Assembly: GCA_030599585.1 (NCBI GenBank)
Contig: JAUVNS010000005.1
Span: 96,001-160,000, forward strand
Direction of reading: 5' to 3'
Length of the DNA: 64,000 bases
DNA from: Promethearchaeota archaeon
GTDB lineage: Archaea; Asgardarchaeota; Lokiarchaeia; Sigyniarchaeales; SOKP01
Under the pieces are notes generated by a model, which ran no database searches, was not told the origin of the DNA, and saw only the letters and a program-made list of their open reading frames with translations. Shown here one piece after another: positions 28,672-38,800 of this stretch (positions are counted from its first letter, which is position 1; the number at the start of each line of letters is the position of its first letter). A program made the position numbers and the translations under genes.

Positions 28672-30389
28672 TTTTTCTGAGATCTTTTCGTGTAGTTAAA
28701 ATATAAGATTAAACCTAACAGTATTAAAATACCGTTAATTCCCCCAAATATTAGAATCCAGATTGGAAAATGAAAAACATCTGTAATTAAATAGTTAACT
28801 TCTCTAAAAGTATTAATTTGAAATTCCGTAATTGGCTCAGTGCCTTGAAATACTTTAACAGTATAATTCCCATTAGGGACATTTTCGATTAAAATCTCCC
28901 CGTTTTCATCTGAGTACGCATAAGCCATTGGTTGGTTATAATCGTTCGAGATATACGTGCCATAATTTTTACCGTAATAGGTTAATTCTATTCTATATCC
29001 AACTAAAGGCATGAGAATATTATCGGTAATCACAAGCTTTAAGTCATTAGTAGCAGAATATTTCAAGGAGCATGGATTTGTTTCACCAAGAATTATATAT
29101 GGAATGGTAAGTTTTAAACCCTTCCTTTTCACCGCATTCTTAGTAAAAATCAAGCTGTTCTCGATGGTTTCTTGCGTTATTGAAATGATCTCATCGTAAA
29201 TGTTCAAATTTCGTCCAAATAATGAACTATTACTAATTATCTGATCTACGATTATTGTACTCTCAAGTAGTGTGATATCTTCGAGAAATATGTGCTCTGG
29301 ACCAGAGATAAGAGAGGGAAAGTAAATTCTTTCGCGAATATTTCTAGCTCCTATTAATCTATCAATAGCCCAGCTAAAATCAACCGAATCTTCAAACATA
29401 AAAGTAAAATTAGCACTAAATTTTAATGAAAAAAATTTAGCGTCAGCAGAAATTGTTACATTTATCTTTTTGTCTGGTTCTAAAAAATCAATTTTAGTTT
29501 GATTATCTATTTCTAAGATATGATCAAAAAATAAATCATTATCTAAGGGATTTACAATTACTTCTAAAACGAGATTATCAGCAGGTAATAGGGGGATTGA
29601 TAGGTTATCGGATATTTTTGTTCCAAACAAAGTAAAGTTATAATAAAATGAAGGACTAAAAGTTTGAGCTTGTTGCGTCAATAATAAAATATCCATAGGA
29701 TTTTGAGTTAAATCCCAAGATTCTAGTGTTAGAGTATACTCAAATATGAAGTAGATCGAAAAATTGTGAAAAGTTGTTGAGAAGAAATTCTCATAGTTGA
29801 ACACGAAATAATCATCAGAATCAATCGTGTAATCTCCTTCGTTAAGTTCCTCGATAATAGCACTAGAGCTATTTTTCACAAGTACCTGATTAAGGACTCT
29901 CGGATATAAAACGGAACTATAGATTAAATAACCCTCAGAATTTTCTATGGAAGTATTAAACTGAACACTAATAGATTCGTTAATCATCACCGTTATCTTG
30001 TTCGATTCAGGGAGAGAATCATCGAGATTATTAAATTGGGCGATTTCCGTAGTTTGAATATATTTAGTTTCTAAATATGTAATATTTAAAGCTCCAGAAC
30101 TTAAATCGTCAACGAGATTGGGGTAATTAACTGGTTGATTAAAAAAACCTTCTTCGTCAAATGAAAATTGTGTTATAGTGATGTTCCCAAGTCCCTGTTC
30201 AGGATCGTTAATAATAGGAGAGTAATCTTCTTCCGAAAAAGAACCAAGTTCGGGAACTATAAAGGTATCATCATTATCAAGAATTAAAGAGCTGTCCTTT
30301 AAAGAAGGATCTATAAATAACAATGTGATCACCGTGCTCATTAGTATTACAACGACTATAATAGATTTCCAGTGATTATTGTTTTTCAT
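28668..30389 (-). CDS. Membrane-anchored surface glycoprotein-like protein
   Basis: N- and C-terminal TMs, many N-x-S/T sequons, SDENGEILIENVPNGNYTV prealbumin-like module; ATG start preferred over 30422. Confidence 0.65.
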   Translation of the reverse strand: MKNNNHWKSIIVVVILMSTVITLLFIDPSLKDSSLILDNDDTFIVPELGSFSEEDYSPIINDPEQGLGNITITQFSFDEEGFFNQPVNYPNLVDDLSSGALNITYLETKYIQTTEIAQFNNLDDSLPESNKITVMINESISVQFNTSIENSEGYLIYSSVLYPRVLNQVLVKNSSSAIIEELNEGDYTIDSDDYFVFNYENFFSTTFHNFSIYFIFEYTLTLESWDLTQNPMDILLLTQQAQTFSPSFYYNFTLFGTKISDNLSIPLLPADNLVLEVIVNPLDNDLFFDHILEIDNQTKIDFLEPDKKINVTISADAKFFSLKFSANFTFMFEDSVDFSWAIDRLIGARNIRERIYFPSLISGPEHIFLEDITLLESTIIVDQIISNSSLFGRNLNIYDEIISITQETIENSLIFTKNAVKRKGLKLTIPYIILGETNPCSLKYSATNDLKLVITDNILMPLVGYRIELTYYGKNYGTYISNDYNQPMAYAYSDENGEILIENVPNGNYTVKVFQGTEPITEFQINTFREVNYLITDVFHFPIWILIFGGINGILILLGLILYFNYTKRSQKN

Positions 30390-30668
30390 CGCTATTTTTG
30401 AAGTGAATTTTTTTAAACACAAAATTAAATAAAATTAATTAATTTTTCTTAGGATTTTAATTTTTACTTAAATTTCCGTGAATGACTGCTTATACGAATA
30501 TTTATATTTATTGAATATATTTTTATATCATTCATAATGTCTTTAAAAGGCATATCTATTACCTTAAAACACATTTTCAATAACGAGGTAAATAGGAAGC
30601 AAAGTATGATATATTAGATTTTTCCAATTACACCAGATTAAACACATTATTATCGAAAATCCTACAAA

Positions 30669-32069
30669 ATGATTTTTATGGGCACAAAACCAGATCGCAC
30701 TAAATTTTTAAAACACCTCAACACTGCTGTAGATTCCTTCGAGGATTATTCTAAAAATCTTTATAATAACGTTATTGCAATTTCACATAATGACGCAGAT
30801 GGAATTAGTAGCTTACAAATTATTCAAAATTTGCTCCATAAAATGAAATTCAATTATGATTATTTCATCTATAATCGATCTGTTTCATGGGGGAATTATT
30901 TAAATGGAATATTATCGAAAACTCAAAATAGTAGAACTGCACTAATCTTTACTGATGTGGGTTCTAATCTAGCTGAACTAGTGCCTATTATTAAGAAGCG
31001 AAAAGAACATTTTTACATTCTTGATCATCATGAAGTCGATTCCGATTTTGTTTTAGAAGAGCTTCCGGAAAATTTATTCTTTGTTAATCCTACGGTTTTT
31101 GGATTTGACGGCTTAGATCATGTATCGGGTGCTACTTTAGCTTATTTGTTCGCTAAAAAAATTAATTTATCGATTATAAAACAGGGTTGGCTAGCCGTTA
31201 TTGGAATCGCCGGAGACTCACTAAGGTCCATGGAAAAACTCCAATCTTTTAACAAGGAAATTTATCAAGAAATATGCGACGAAGAATTGGTCGTCGATAA
31301 AGAAGGGTTAATACTCTTTGGAAGCATGCACGAATCAATAAAAAATGGTTTAAAGAATAGCATTTTACCTTTCCTAATTGGATATGGTGGGGAAAATGAT
31401 CAAACCATTAAATCATTTTTAAATAACATAAACATAAACCCTAATAAGAAAGTTGTTGATTTAGAGCAAGATGAAATTCAGAGAATTCTTAAAAGCATTG
31501 ATATAGATGTCGGACACTTTGCTTTATTGCCTCAAAAGCAAGGCATACTAAGATTCGCGTTTGAACACGCAATACTACTAAATATCCTATCCTTTAAAAA
31601 TATTAGCGCTGCTATTTCGATCATCCACCAAAAGTCTATTACTAGATACGCTAAAGAACTATATAACGAATACATCAATACACTGGTTAAAAATTTAAAA
31701 ATATTAGCAAATGAATTGCCTCGTTACGAAACTAAAAATACAATCTTCATAGATGCAGGAAACGGCAAAATTCCGCCAAGTAATTGGTCAGACACAGCAA
31801 GTTTTACATCCGTCAACGGACTACTAAAACCCGATAAGATGTTGTTCTTAGGTGGTCTCGAGAAGAAAACTCAAATGGTTAAACTTAGTGTGAGGTGCTC
31901 TCGAAAATACTTAGAAGATGATCACATGGGTGTCAATGAGGTTATAAGCACGATCAAACAAAAACTTGGAGGAACGGGTGGTGGACATAAATTAGCCGGA
32001 GGTATAAGACTATCTGTGCCCTCATTTAATATACTTAAGAAAAATGCTGACGATTTTATTGCATTTTAG
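30669..32069 (+). CDS. DHH/DHHA1 phosphoesterase (RecJ/GAN/Cdc45-like)
   Basis: SHNDADG, FTDVGS, LDHH, NP, SGA, GGTGGGHKLAGG. Confidence 0.85.
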   Translation: MIFMGTKPDRTKFLKHLNTAVDSFEDYSKNLYNNVIAISHNDADGISSLQIIQNLLHKMKFNYDYFIYNRSVSWGNYLNGILSKTQNSRTALIFTDVGSNLAELVPIIKKRKEHFYILDHHEVDSDFVLEELPENLFFVNPTVFGFDGLDHVSGATLAYLFAKKINLSIIKQGWLAVIGIAGDSLRSMEKLQSFNKEIYQEICDEELVVDKEGLILFGSMHESIKNGLKNSILPFLIGYGGENDQTIKSFLNNININPNKKVVDLEQDEIQRILKSIDIDVGHFALLPQKQGILRFAFEHAILLNILSFKNISAAISIIHQKSITRYAKELYNEYINTLVKNLKILANELPRYETKNTIFIDAGNGKIPPSNWSDTASFTSVNGLLKPDKMLFLGGLEKKTQMVKLSVRCSRKYLEDDHMGVNEVISTIKQKLGGTGGGHKLAGGIRLSVPSFNILKKNADDFIAF

Positions 32070-32087
32070 GTTTAAGGAATCATTATC

Positions 32088-32393
32088 ATGGTTTTTTTCG
32101 AAGATGAATCAGAGCGTACAATTTTTTTAAAGATAAGAGTTAAAACAAACTCTAAAGTACAAAAAATATCATTCAACCAATTAACAGATACTTGGATTTC
32201 AATTAATTTAAAATCTAAACCCGTTAAAAATAAGGCGAATAAAGAATTAATTAAATTATTAAGTAAAAAGCTAAATATTGCGACCAATCAGATTCAAATA
32301 ATTGCGGGACCGAAAAACGCGAGTAAAACGATTCAAATTAGATTTTATCAAGATATGTCTAAATCAAAAATATTAGAAAAATTAGCAAATTAA
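32088..32393 (+). CDS. DUF167 (YggU/UPF0235) family protein
   Basis: LKIRVK..P..NKANKELIKLLSK..IQIIAG..K. Confidence 0.8.
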   Translation: MVFFEDESERTIFLKIRVKTNSKVQKISFNQLTDTWISINLKSKPVKNKANKELIKLLSKKLNIATNQIQIIAGPKNASKTIQIRFYQDMSKSKILEKLAN

Positions 32394-32744
32394 TTAAGAT
32401 CCAATTTTTATCATTTTTCCGCATTTCAAACAGGTAATAAAGTGAGTCATACCCTCGTCGGCGCTTCTAGTTTGCCTTGTTTCTAAGTGTGCTTTATTGT
32501 AACCACATCTCCGACACTTAAAACCCTTAATAGAACTTCTTAAATATTTTTCCTTCCATTGCATTACTTCTGTAAGGTTTGAGACTTCCTCCCTAATGGG
32601 CTGCTCGATTTTGGTTTTTAAGATATAAGAATCAGCATTTTCTTCCAAAAGAGGTTTGGTGTAACCACATTTACATTTAAACACTTTCTGACTATTCACT
32701 GTAGTGGGTAACATCATAGAGCCACATTCATCGCAATATTGCAT
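32394..32744 (-). CDS. tfs: Transcription factor S (TFS/RpoM family)
   Basis: YCDECGSMM, CKCG, CRRCG..QTRSADEG.T.F..CLKCG. Confidence 0.88.
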   Translation of the reverse strand: MQYCDECGSMMLPTTVNSQKVFKCKCGYTKPLLEENADSYILKTKIEQPIREEVSNLTEVMQWKEKYLRSSIKGFKCRRCGYNKAHLETRQTRSADEGMTHFITCLKCGKMIKIGS

Positions 32745-32817
32745 TTTTAAAGTCGAGTTAAGAAATTTAATTATAATTAAAATAGTATTTCAATAACAAA
32801 AATTTTTCCTCCTATAT

Positions 32818-33780
32818 CTAAAAATTCAAACCAGATAATAAAGCGCAAAAAATTACACCCGTTAAAAGATCTGCGGTTGTACCTGGGTTTAACTTTCCAT
32901 TTTGTTTTTGAAGGTTCTTATCAAATTCAAGTGTTAACTTCAATCCTTTTTTAGTAGAAATTCCTCCTTGTGAAATGATTTTTAAAGCCATTTCTGAAAC
33001 TTTCAATGCTTCTGGTTTACCTTCTTTACGAATAATCAATGTATCTAAATGATTAGCTAGTAGTTTCAGATATGTATTCACAATTGTTTTATTGATGTTT
33101 CGTTGTTCCTTAAAACTATCAAGAAAATAAGGTAAACCTTCCTTTAAAATGATTTCAAACCCCGTAGCGTACTCTCTGCTTATTAAATCGTATTCTTGAG
33201 ATTTTTTAAAAATTTCTTTAAGATTTATTTTATCTCGGATGATTTCGTCGTAAGCACTTGGATCATTGATATCATACTTATCAATTTGACCTAATCCTCC
33301 TGGATTGCTAAGTTTAATTGCCTCATATAAATGCAATGTGTCATTAACAGTAGTATCTTCGATGATCTTGTTTAATATTGACTCAAAATCTATAAATCTG
33401 CGTTTTTTTAACTTTATACATATTGAAGCGGCAGATGAGAGGGGCGCTAAGATTAGAATATGCCCTAGTATCACATTTCCACCGGTTTGCCACTTCATCA
33501 TTTCTACAACTGCTTCTTTAAAAAATACACCTAATTCGATGTTACTAAACGATTGCTTGTCGTTATCAATAGTAGTATAAACTTTTTCGCATAAAACTCT
33601 TAAATTAGGTTGAATGGCAGAAATCCCCGATAGAAAATGTTCAAAACTTGTACCTTTAAAATTTTTCGTTCTGTGTACATTTCCTGGTTTTGGCCATCCA
33701 GAAAGCTCTAACAAACTCGATAGGTTTATGCACCTTAGCAAATCATCGAGTGACTTGATAGCAATTTCTATACTTGACAC
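32818..33780 (-). CDS. citG: Triphosphoribosyl-dephospho-CoA synthase-like protein (archaeal CitG family)
   Basis: LLE..PKPGNVHR, NVILG, PGGLG, DTLIIRK.G, NPGTTADL. Confidence 0.8.
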   Translation of the reverse strand: MSSIEIAIKSLDDLLRCINLSSLLELSGWPKPGNVHRTKNFKGTSFEHFLSGISAIQPNLRVLCEKVYTTIDNDKQSFSNIELGVFFKEAVVEMMKWQTGGNVILGHILILAPLSSAASICIKLKKRRFIDFESILNKIIEDTTVNDTLHLYEAIKLSNPGGLGQIDKYDINDPSAYDEIIRDKINLKEIFKKSQEYDLISREYATGFEIILKEGLPYFLDSFKEQRNINKTIVNTYLKLLANHLDTLIIRKEGKPEALKVSEMALKIISQGGISTKKGLKLTLEFDKNLQKQNGKLNPGTTADLLTGVIFCALLSGLNF

Positions 33781-33828
33781 GTTAGAAATATTTATTTTTA
33801 AAATTAATATATGTTAGTTATAGATGAG

Positions 33829-34140
33829 TTAGTAATAGGTTAATTCTAAGGTTCTTTTCTCCTTAATTCTGTAACCCTTAATATCAGAGGTGTTGTAAGA
33901 AATCGGTCTGTATTTCTCTTTTAAATTTTTTCGATGCAGAAATTTCTTGATCCTTAATTTTATTACTCTATTTGACATACTACTAGGCACAATCAATTCA
34001 ATGCTGTTTCCACTTCGAGAAATTTCTATTTGGGGTAATTGTTCTTCGAGAAACCTTTGTAGATCCTCAATATATTGTTCCTTTTCAATTGATAAATCTT
34101 TTACGTCAATAGTTAATTCTTTAGTATTATCTTCACTCAA
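33829..34140 (-). CDS. rpl22e: Ribosomal protein eL22-like
   Basis: TIDV..FLEE..SNRVIKLRIKKFLHRKNLKEKYRPI..Y parallels the eL22 pattern [24 protein letters not shown]. Confidence 0.75.
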   Translation of the reverse strand: MSEDNTKELTIDVKDLSIEKEQYIEDLQRFLEEQLPQIEISRSGNSIELIVPSSMSNRVIKLRIKKFLHRKNLKEKYRPISYNTSDIKGYRIKEKRTLELTYY

Positions 34141-34238
34141 ATTCTAATCACTCTATAATATAATTAAGGACATTATTAATCTTTTTCCAATAAATAATAT
34201 GACAAAAATATAAGTGAATAGATAATGTTAAAATAGAA

Positions 34239-35513
34239 TTATATCGGTGTTTCGTCTCCCCACATATCTAATGCTTTTTTTAGTTCAGCATGACTTTTAG
34301 CGTATTCTTTTACGCTAACATTATCCATGTAAGCATTAATTGCTTGTCTTAATGCTTTCGCACCGTTTTGTGTACCATCTGGGTGACCAAGAACACCTCC
34401 TCCGACTTGAACAGCAATGTCTGTTGATAAAAGCTCTATTAAACGATGTATTATTCCCGGATGAACTCCTCCTGAGCATACGCTCAAAACATTTTTCATT
34501 CCGTACCAATTCTGCTCTAAGACCTCTAAATCGGCCTCGTTAGAATTTTGAGCAATCTTCTTATAATTATTCAACACTTCTATTTTATCACCCACTAATT
34601 TTCCCAAACCTCCAATGTGAAGCTGGTCTACGCCTTGCATTCTCGCTATTTCCGCAAGTACTTTCATGCTCATTCCATGATTTGGATTTCTATCAAAAGC
34701 AGCATGAAATGCCCTATGAGCATGTATAGCTAAACCCAATTTTTCACATTCCTTTCTAACTGTTTGAACAGCTGCCCAACCAATAGTTAATATGTCGATC
34801 ATAACATATTCGTTGTTAAAATCTTTTACTAACTTCGCACGACGCTTCATTTCGTCAACTTCAGCGGTAATATTTATTAAATAACTTTTTCTTTCTCCTG
34901 TTTCATTTTCTGCTTTATCTCTCATTTTCATGCTAAGATCGAGTCTTTTTTCGAATCTATTAAACTTCTGATTCGATAAGTTTTCGTCGTCTTTTAACAG
35001 ATCTACCCCTCCTGTCCAAATCTCGTACCCATGTTGAGCGTGCTCTTCGGCATAATACCCTACTTTGGGTTTCGGAACTGTAGCTGTAATTGGTCTCTTT
35101 TTAACTTTAAGTAAATCCCTAATTCCCTTTATTCCATACTGAGGCCCCTGAAATGAATTTATTAAGTTTCTAGGCCATTTCACGTCGACTAATCTTAGAC
35201 CGTCTAAAGCTTTCATGCCAAAAATATTTCCGGCAATAGAACTTAAAATTTGAGGCATATTACCTTCCTCAAATAAATCGTTGGGATATGCGATTTTAAC
35301 ATAACTATTATTTATGTCATAAACTTTAGCACTTAATGCCCGAATATGTTCAGGAATTTTAAGTGTCGTCCAAGTACCGTTGCTGCTTTCAGCAGCTACC
35401 CTAATAGCTACTTTTTCAATTGGAAAACCGCTTGCGGGTTTAATTTTAAACAAGCAAATTAAGTCTTCTTCTATTGGTTCATACGCTAAATCTAAAAAAT
35501 CTTCATATTTAAT
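34239..35513 (-). CDS. rbcL: RuBisCO large subunit, form III
   Basis: AESSNGTW, GNIFGMK, KPK, GGVDLLKDDE, HAHRA, HIG..GK, SGG, GGG.GHP; N-terminus extends in frame from track start 35453 to an ATT at 35513. Confidence 0.93.
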   Translation of the reverse strand: MKYEDFLDLAYEPIEEDLICLFKIKPASGFPIEKVAIRVAAESSNGTWTTLKIPEHIRALSAKVYDINNSYVKIAYPNDLFEEGNMPQILSSIAGNIFGMKALDGLRLVDVKWPRNLINSFQGPQYGIKGIRDLLKVKKRPITATVPKPKVGYYAEEHAQHGYEIWTGGVDLLKDDENLSNQKFNRFEKRLDLSMKMRDKAENETGERKSYLINITAEVDEMKRRAKLVKDFNNEYVMIDILTIGWAAVQTVRKECEKLGLAIHAHRAFHAAFDRNPNHGMSMKVLAEIARMQGVDQLHIGGLGKLVGDKIEVLNNYKKIAQNSNEADLEVLEQNWYGMKNVLSVCSGGVHPGIIHRLIELLSTDIAVQVGGGVLGHPDGTQNGAKALRQAINAYMDNVSVKEYAKSHAELKKALDMWGDETPI

Positions 35514-35535
35514 TTCTAAATCACCTTAAACTAAT

Positions 35536-36486
35536 TTAAATCATATCTGGATATAACTTTTCAAAGTAATTATGCACATGGCTACTCGCAAAAATTCCCG
35601 CCTCTGTAATTAAACCGTCTATATACCTTCTACTTACGGTTTCAAAGGCAGGATTTAAAATTTCTAAACCTGTTGGTGGATTTTCCCATACTTCTGAAGT
35701 TTCTCGCATTTCAATTTTTTCAATGACGCCAAAGGAAGTTTGAGGATTATATTTCAAGAGAGGAGTAGCAACATAAAAAGGAACATGTTCTTCGTGGGCT
35801 ACTAAAGCTAATAATCTTGAACCTATTTTGTTTAAAACAGTTCCCTCGCTTGTAACACTATCTGCTCCAATAAGAATTAGGTTAACCTCGTAATGATTTA
35901 CAGCCCACCGCATAGCACTATCCACGACATGAAAAACTTTTATTCCAGCGTCTAATAACTCTTTCGCTGTTTGTCTTCCTTGAAGGCGCGGTTGGGTTTC
36001 GGTATTTATTACGTTAAAGTGTTTACCTTGCTTTCTTGCTTCTAATAGGATACCCGTTACCACAGATGAGTGACAATGCGTCATAATGAGGTAATCATCA
36101 TCTGCTTCTACAAAAGGAATTCTTCTAGCTCCAATTTCAGCTATCTTTTTTTTGGAATTATGAATTATTGTTTGATATTTATTTTTATAGCGATTGATTA
36201 ATTCTAAAAAGTGATCTTCCTTGAATTCGTGTTTAGGTTTTTTCAATCTATTTATTATGAAATTTAGTCCATTCCTCAACGCTGGTTCAGTGGGACGCGC
36301 ATTAAACAGTATTTCCTTTGCTTCTTCTAATTTAATTAAAAAATCTTCAGCAGTACTGTAATCTGTTAGCCTCTGGGCGTAGTTATTCAAAAAATCGATA
36401 GCACTTAGGGCTACATTTGTCGCTCCTTGTATTTCTAACGATTTAATCTTTTCAGCATCTTTCAATAATTGTTTAATTTCAACCAC
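35536..36486 (-). CDS. Ribose-1,5-bisphosphate isomerase (eIF2B-like family)
   Basis: IQGATNVA, ARPTEP, THCHS (catalytic Cys), GADSV (catalytic Asp), NKIGS, NPAF; adjacent to RuBisCO. Confidence 0.88.
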   Translation of the reverse strand: MVEIKQLLKDAEKIKSLEIQGATNVALSAIDFLNNYAQRLTDYSTAEDFLIKLEEAKEILFNARPTEPALRNGLNFIINRLKKPKHEFKEDHFLELINRYKNKYQTIIHNSKKKIAEIGARRIPFVEADDDYLIMTHCHSSVVTGILLEARKQGKHFNVINTETQPRLQGRQTAKELLDAGIKVFHVVDSAMRWAVNHYEVNLILIGADSVTSEGTVLNKIGSRLLALVAHEEHVPFYVATPLLKYNPQTSFGVIEKIEMRETSEVWENPPTGLEILNPAFETVSRRYIDGLITEAGIFASSHVHNYFEKLYPDMI

Positions 36487-36534
36487 CTATTTTTTCTTAA
36501 ATAATATTAAAACAACCATGATTTTTCAGTGTAT

Positions 36535-36729
36535 TCATTCATTATTCGTATCACCATCATAAGAATTAGCGTCTTTTTTAAAATCCTTAGGATCGATTTC
36601 TATAAACAGAGAACCTATGTAATCACACGACGTACACTCAAACATATTTGGTGTTAACCAACCAGAAACATTGACAGCATTTTTTAAGGTAGCGTTCTTA
36701 CACTTTGGACAAATTCTAATGCGTGCCAT
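36535..36729 (-). CDS. Small zinc-ribbon protein
   Basis: CPKC..GWL.P..FECTSCDY.G. Confidence 0.7.
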   Translation of the reverse strand: MARIRICPKCKNATLKNAVNVSGWLTPNMFECTSCDYIGSLFIEIDPKDFKKDANSYDGDTNNE

Positions 36730-36952
36730 TGTGCTCTTATTAACTTATTTATTTGGATTGTTTTTAGCGTGATAAAGAATTAGCAAAAATTAATCTTCTG
36801 CTCTCTCTCACCTAAAAATTGGTAGCTATATTAAATAATCATAAATAACATTTAGTCTCTTTTATTATTAATATAGTAAATTACCATTAAGTAGAACCGA
36901 TTTAAAACTAAGAATCCTAATCTATATTCGAAAAATTGAATCTTTAAAAAAA

Positions 36953-38785
36953 ATGAGTAAAATTGACCTAAAGCGGAAAAGTTTACCCAACGAACCAGGA
37001 GTATATTTTTTTCTAAATGATAAAAAAACGATTATTTATATCGGGAAAGCTATAAATTTAAAGAGAAGGGTAAATCAGTATTTTCTCAAAACGAATTATA
37101 ATGATCCATTTTACGAAGAGAAAATCAAGGAACTCGTTAAAAATATTCAATTTATTGATTATATAGTTACAGAAAACGAAAAAGAAGCAAAAATACTCGA
37201 AAATATACAAATTAAGAAGCATCTACCGCGATTTAATGTGGTAATGCGCGACTCAAAGACATATCCTTGGGTTGGGATTTTTTATTCAGAAAAATTTCCA
37301 AGAATCAGAATTATAAGAGGACCAGAAAAATATTCTAAAGAAAACCTATTTTTGGGTCCTTTCACTGATAAAAAGGAAATTACTAGAATATTACGTGATT
37401 TACGCAAAATATTCCCCTATTGTTCATGCAAGAAAAGAGTTAAAATAAAAAAAAGACCGTGCTTATATTATCAATTAAAACTATGTCCGGGACCTTGTAT
37501 AGAAGCTATATCAGAAAAAGATTACGTCCAAAATGTGAAGCAAATAGAGATGTTTCTCAAAGGACAAACAGATGAATTAAAAGAGCAGATTAACGAAAAT
37601 ATGAAGTCTGCGGCTCTGGCACAAAATTACGAAATAGCTGCTTTTTGGAGAGATAAACTTCAAGCGATTGATAATTCAACAATCTCTCAGAATGTTTTAT
37701 TAGATCGCAAAGAAAATAAGGACATTATAGGGTATTTTAAAGACGAGGAGCAGAAATACATTGCAATGGTTATAATTCATATTCGCGAAGGTAAGATCGC
37801 TAAAAAAAGCTCTTTTCCTGTGAACATAGAAGATAAAATTGTTCAAAAGAATGATATTTTCCCTTTGATTGTGGAACAATTTTACCAAGACCTTACACAC
37901 GATTTACCTGATATCATAATAATTCCCGAGTTTTATGAAGGAATTAATTTATTTAGGGAAATCCTTACCGAACATAAAATAGACATAAAAATAAGGGTTC
38001 CTCTTGAGGAGGAATATGGTTTACTTAGAATTGCTAATAAGAACGCGAAAGTTATAGTAGATCAAGAAATCCTAATGAAAGAAATTAAAAGAAAAGATGA
38101 CAACAAAATTCAGGAAGCTCTGGAAGAAGCTAAAGAGATATTGAATTTACCTAAAATACCAAGGGTTATAGAAGGATTTGATATTTCGAATATCGAAGGA
38201 ACTGATGCAACCGGGTCTATGGTTTATTTTCTTGAAGGACGCCCATATAATAAATACTATCGACACTTCAAAATTCGCACAAAATCAACTCCCGACGATG
38301 TAGCAATGATGAAAGAAGTGATCAAGCGAAGATATACAATGTTAATTGAGAAAAATTTATCATTACCTGATTTAATTCTTGTTGATGGGGGAAAGGGGCA
38401 ACTCAATGCGGGGTATTCTGTTTTAAAAGAACTCGGTATTGAAGGCATTCCAATCATCGGATTAGCTAAAAAATTTGAAGAGATTTTTGTTCCTAACGAG
38501 AAAAATCCTATAATTTTACCAAGAAATTCAAATCTCCTTAAAATCTTTCAAAGAGTTAGAGATGAAGCTCACCGTTTCGCTGTTAAGCTTCACAAAAAGC
38601 AACGGGAGAAGCGTGTGAAAAGATCGGTTTTAGATGACATTAGAGGGGTAGGACCTGCGACTAGAAATAAGTTACTTAAAGAATTTGGAAGCGTGAACAA
38701 AATTAAACAAGCCTCTCTTGAAGATATCGCTGATCTAGTTGGTAAAAAGTTAGCAGATATTATATTAAAAGAATTAAATAATTAA
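36953..38785 (+). CDS. uvrC: Excinuclease ABC subunit C
   Basis: PGVY..YIGKA.NLK.RV, Cys cluster, UVR domain, EGFDISN, DDVAMM, VDGGKGQ, RVRDEAHRFA, HhH. Confidence 0.96.
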   Translation: MSKIDLKRKSLPNEPGVYFFLNDKKTIIYIGKAINLKRRVNQYFLKTNYNDPFYEEKIKELVKNIQFIDYIVTENEKEAKILENIQIKKHLPRFNVVMRDSKTYPWVGIFYSEKFPRIRIIRGPEKYSKENLFLGPFTDKKEITRILRDLRKIFPYCSCKKRVKIKKRPCLYYQLKLCPGPCIEAISEKDYVQNVKQIEMFLKGQTDELKEQINENMKSAALAQNYEIAAFWRDKLQAIDNSTISQNVLLDRKENKDIIGYFKDEEQKYIAMVIIHIREGKIAKKSSFPVNIEDKIVQKNDIFPLIVEQFYQDLTHDLPDIIIIPEFYEGINLFREILTEHKIDIKIRVPLEEEYGLLRIANKNAKVIVDQEILMKEIKRKDDNKIQEALEEAKEILNLPKIPRVIEGFDISNIEGTDATGSMVYFLEGRPYNKYYRHFKIRTKSTPDDVAMMKEVIKRRYTMLIEKNLSLPDLILVDGGKGQLNAGYSVLKELGIEGIPIIGLAKKFEEIFVPNEKNPIILPRNSNLLKIFQRVRDEAHRFAVKLHKKQREKRVKRSVLDDIRGVGPATRNKLLKEFGSVNKIKQASLEDIADLVGKKLADIILKELNN

Positions 38786-38800
38786 ATTTTAATAAAATCC

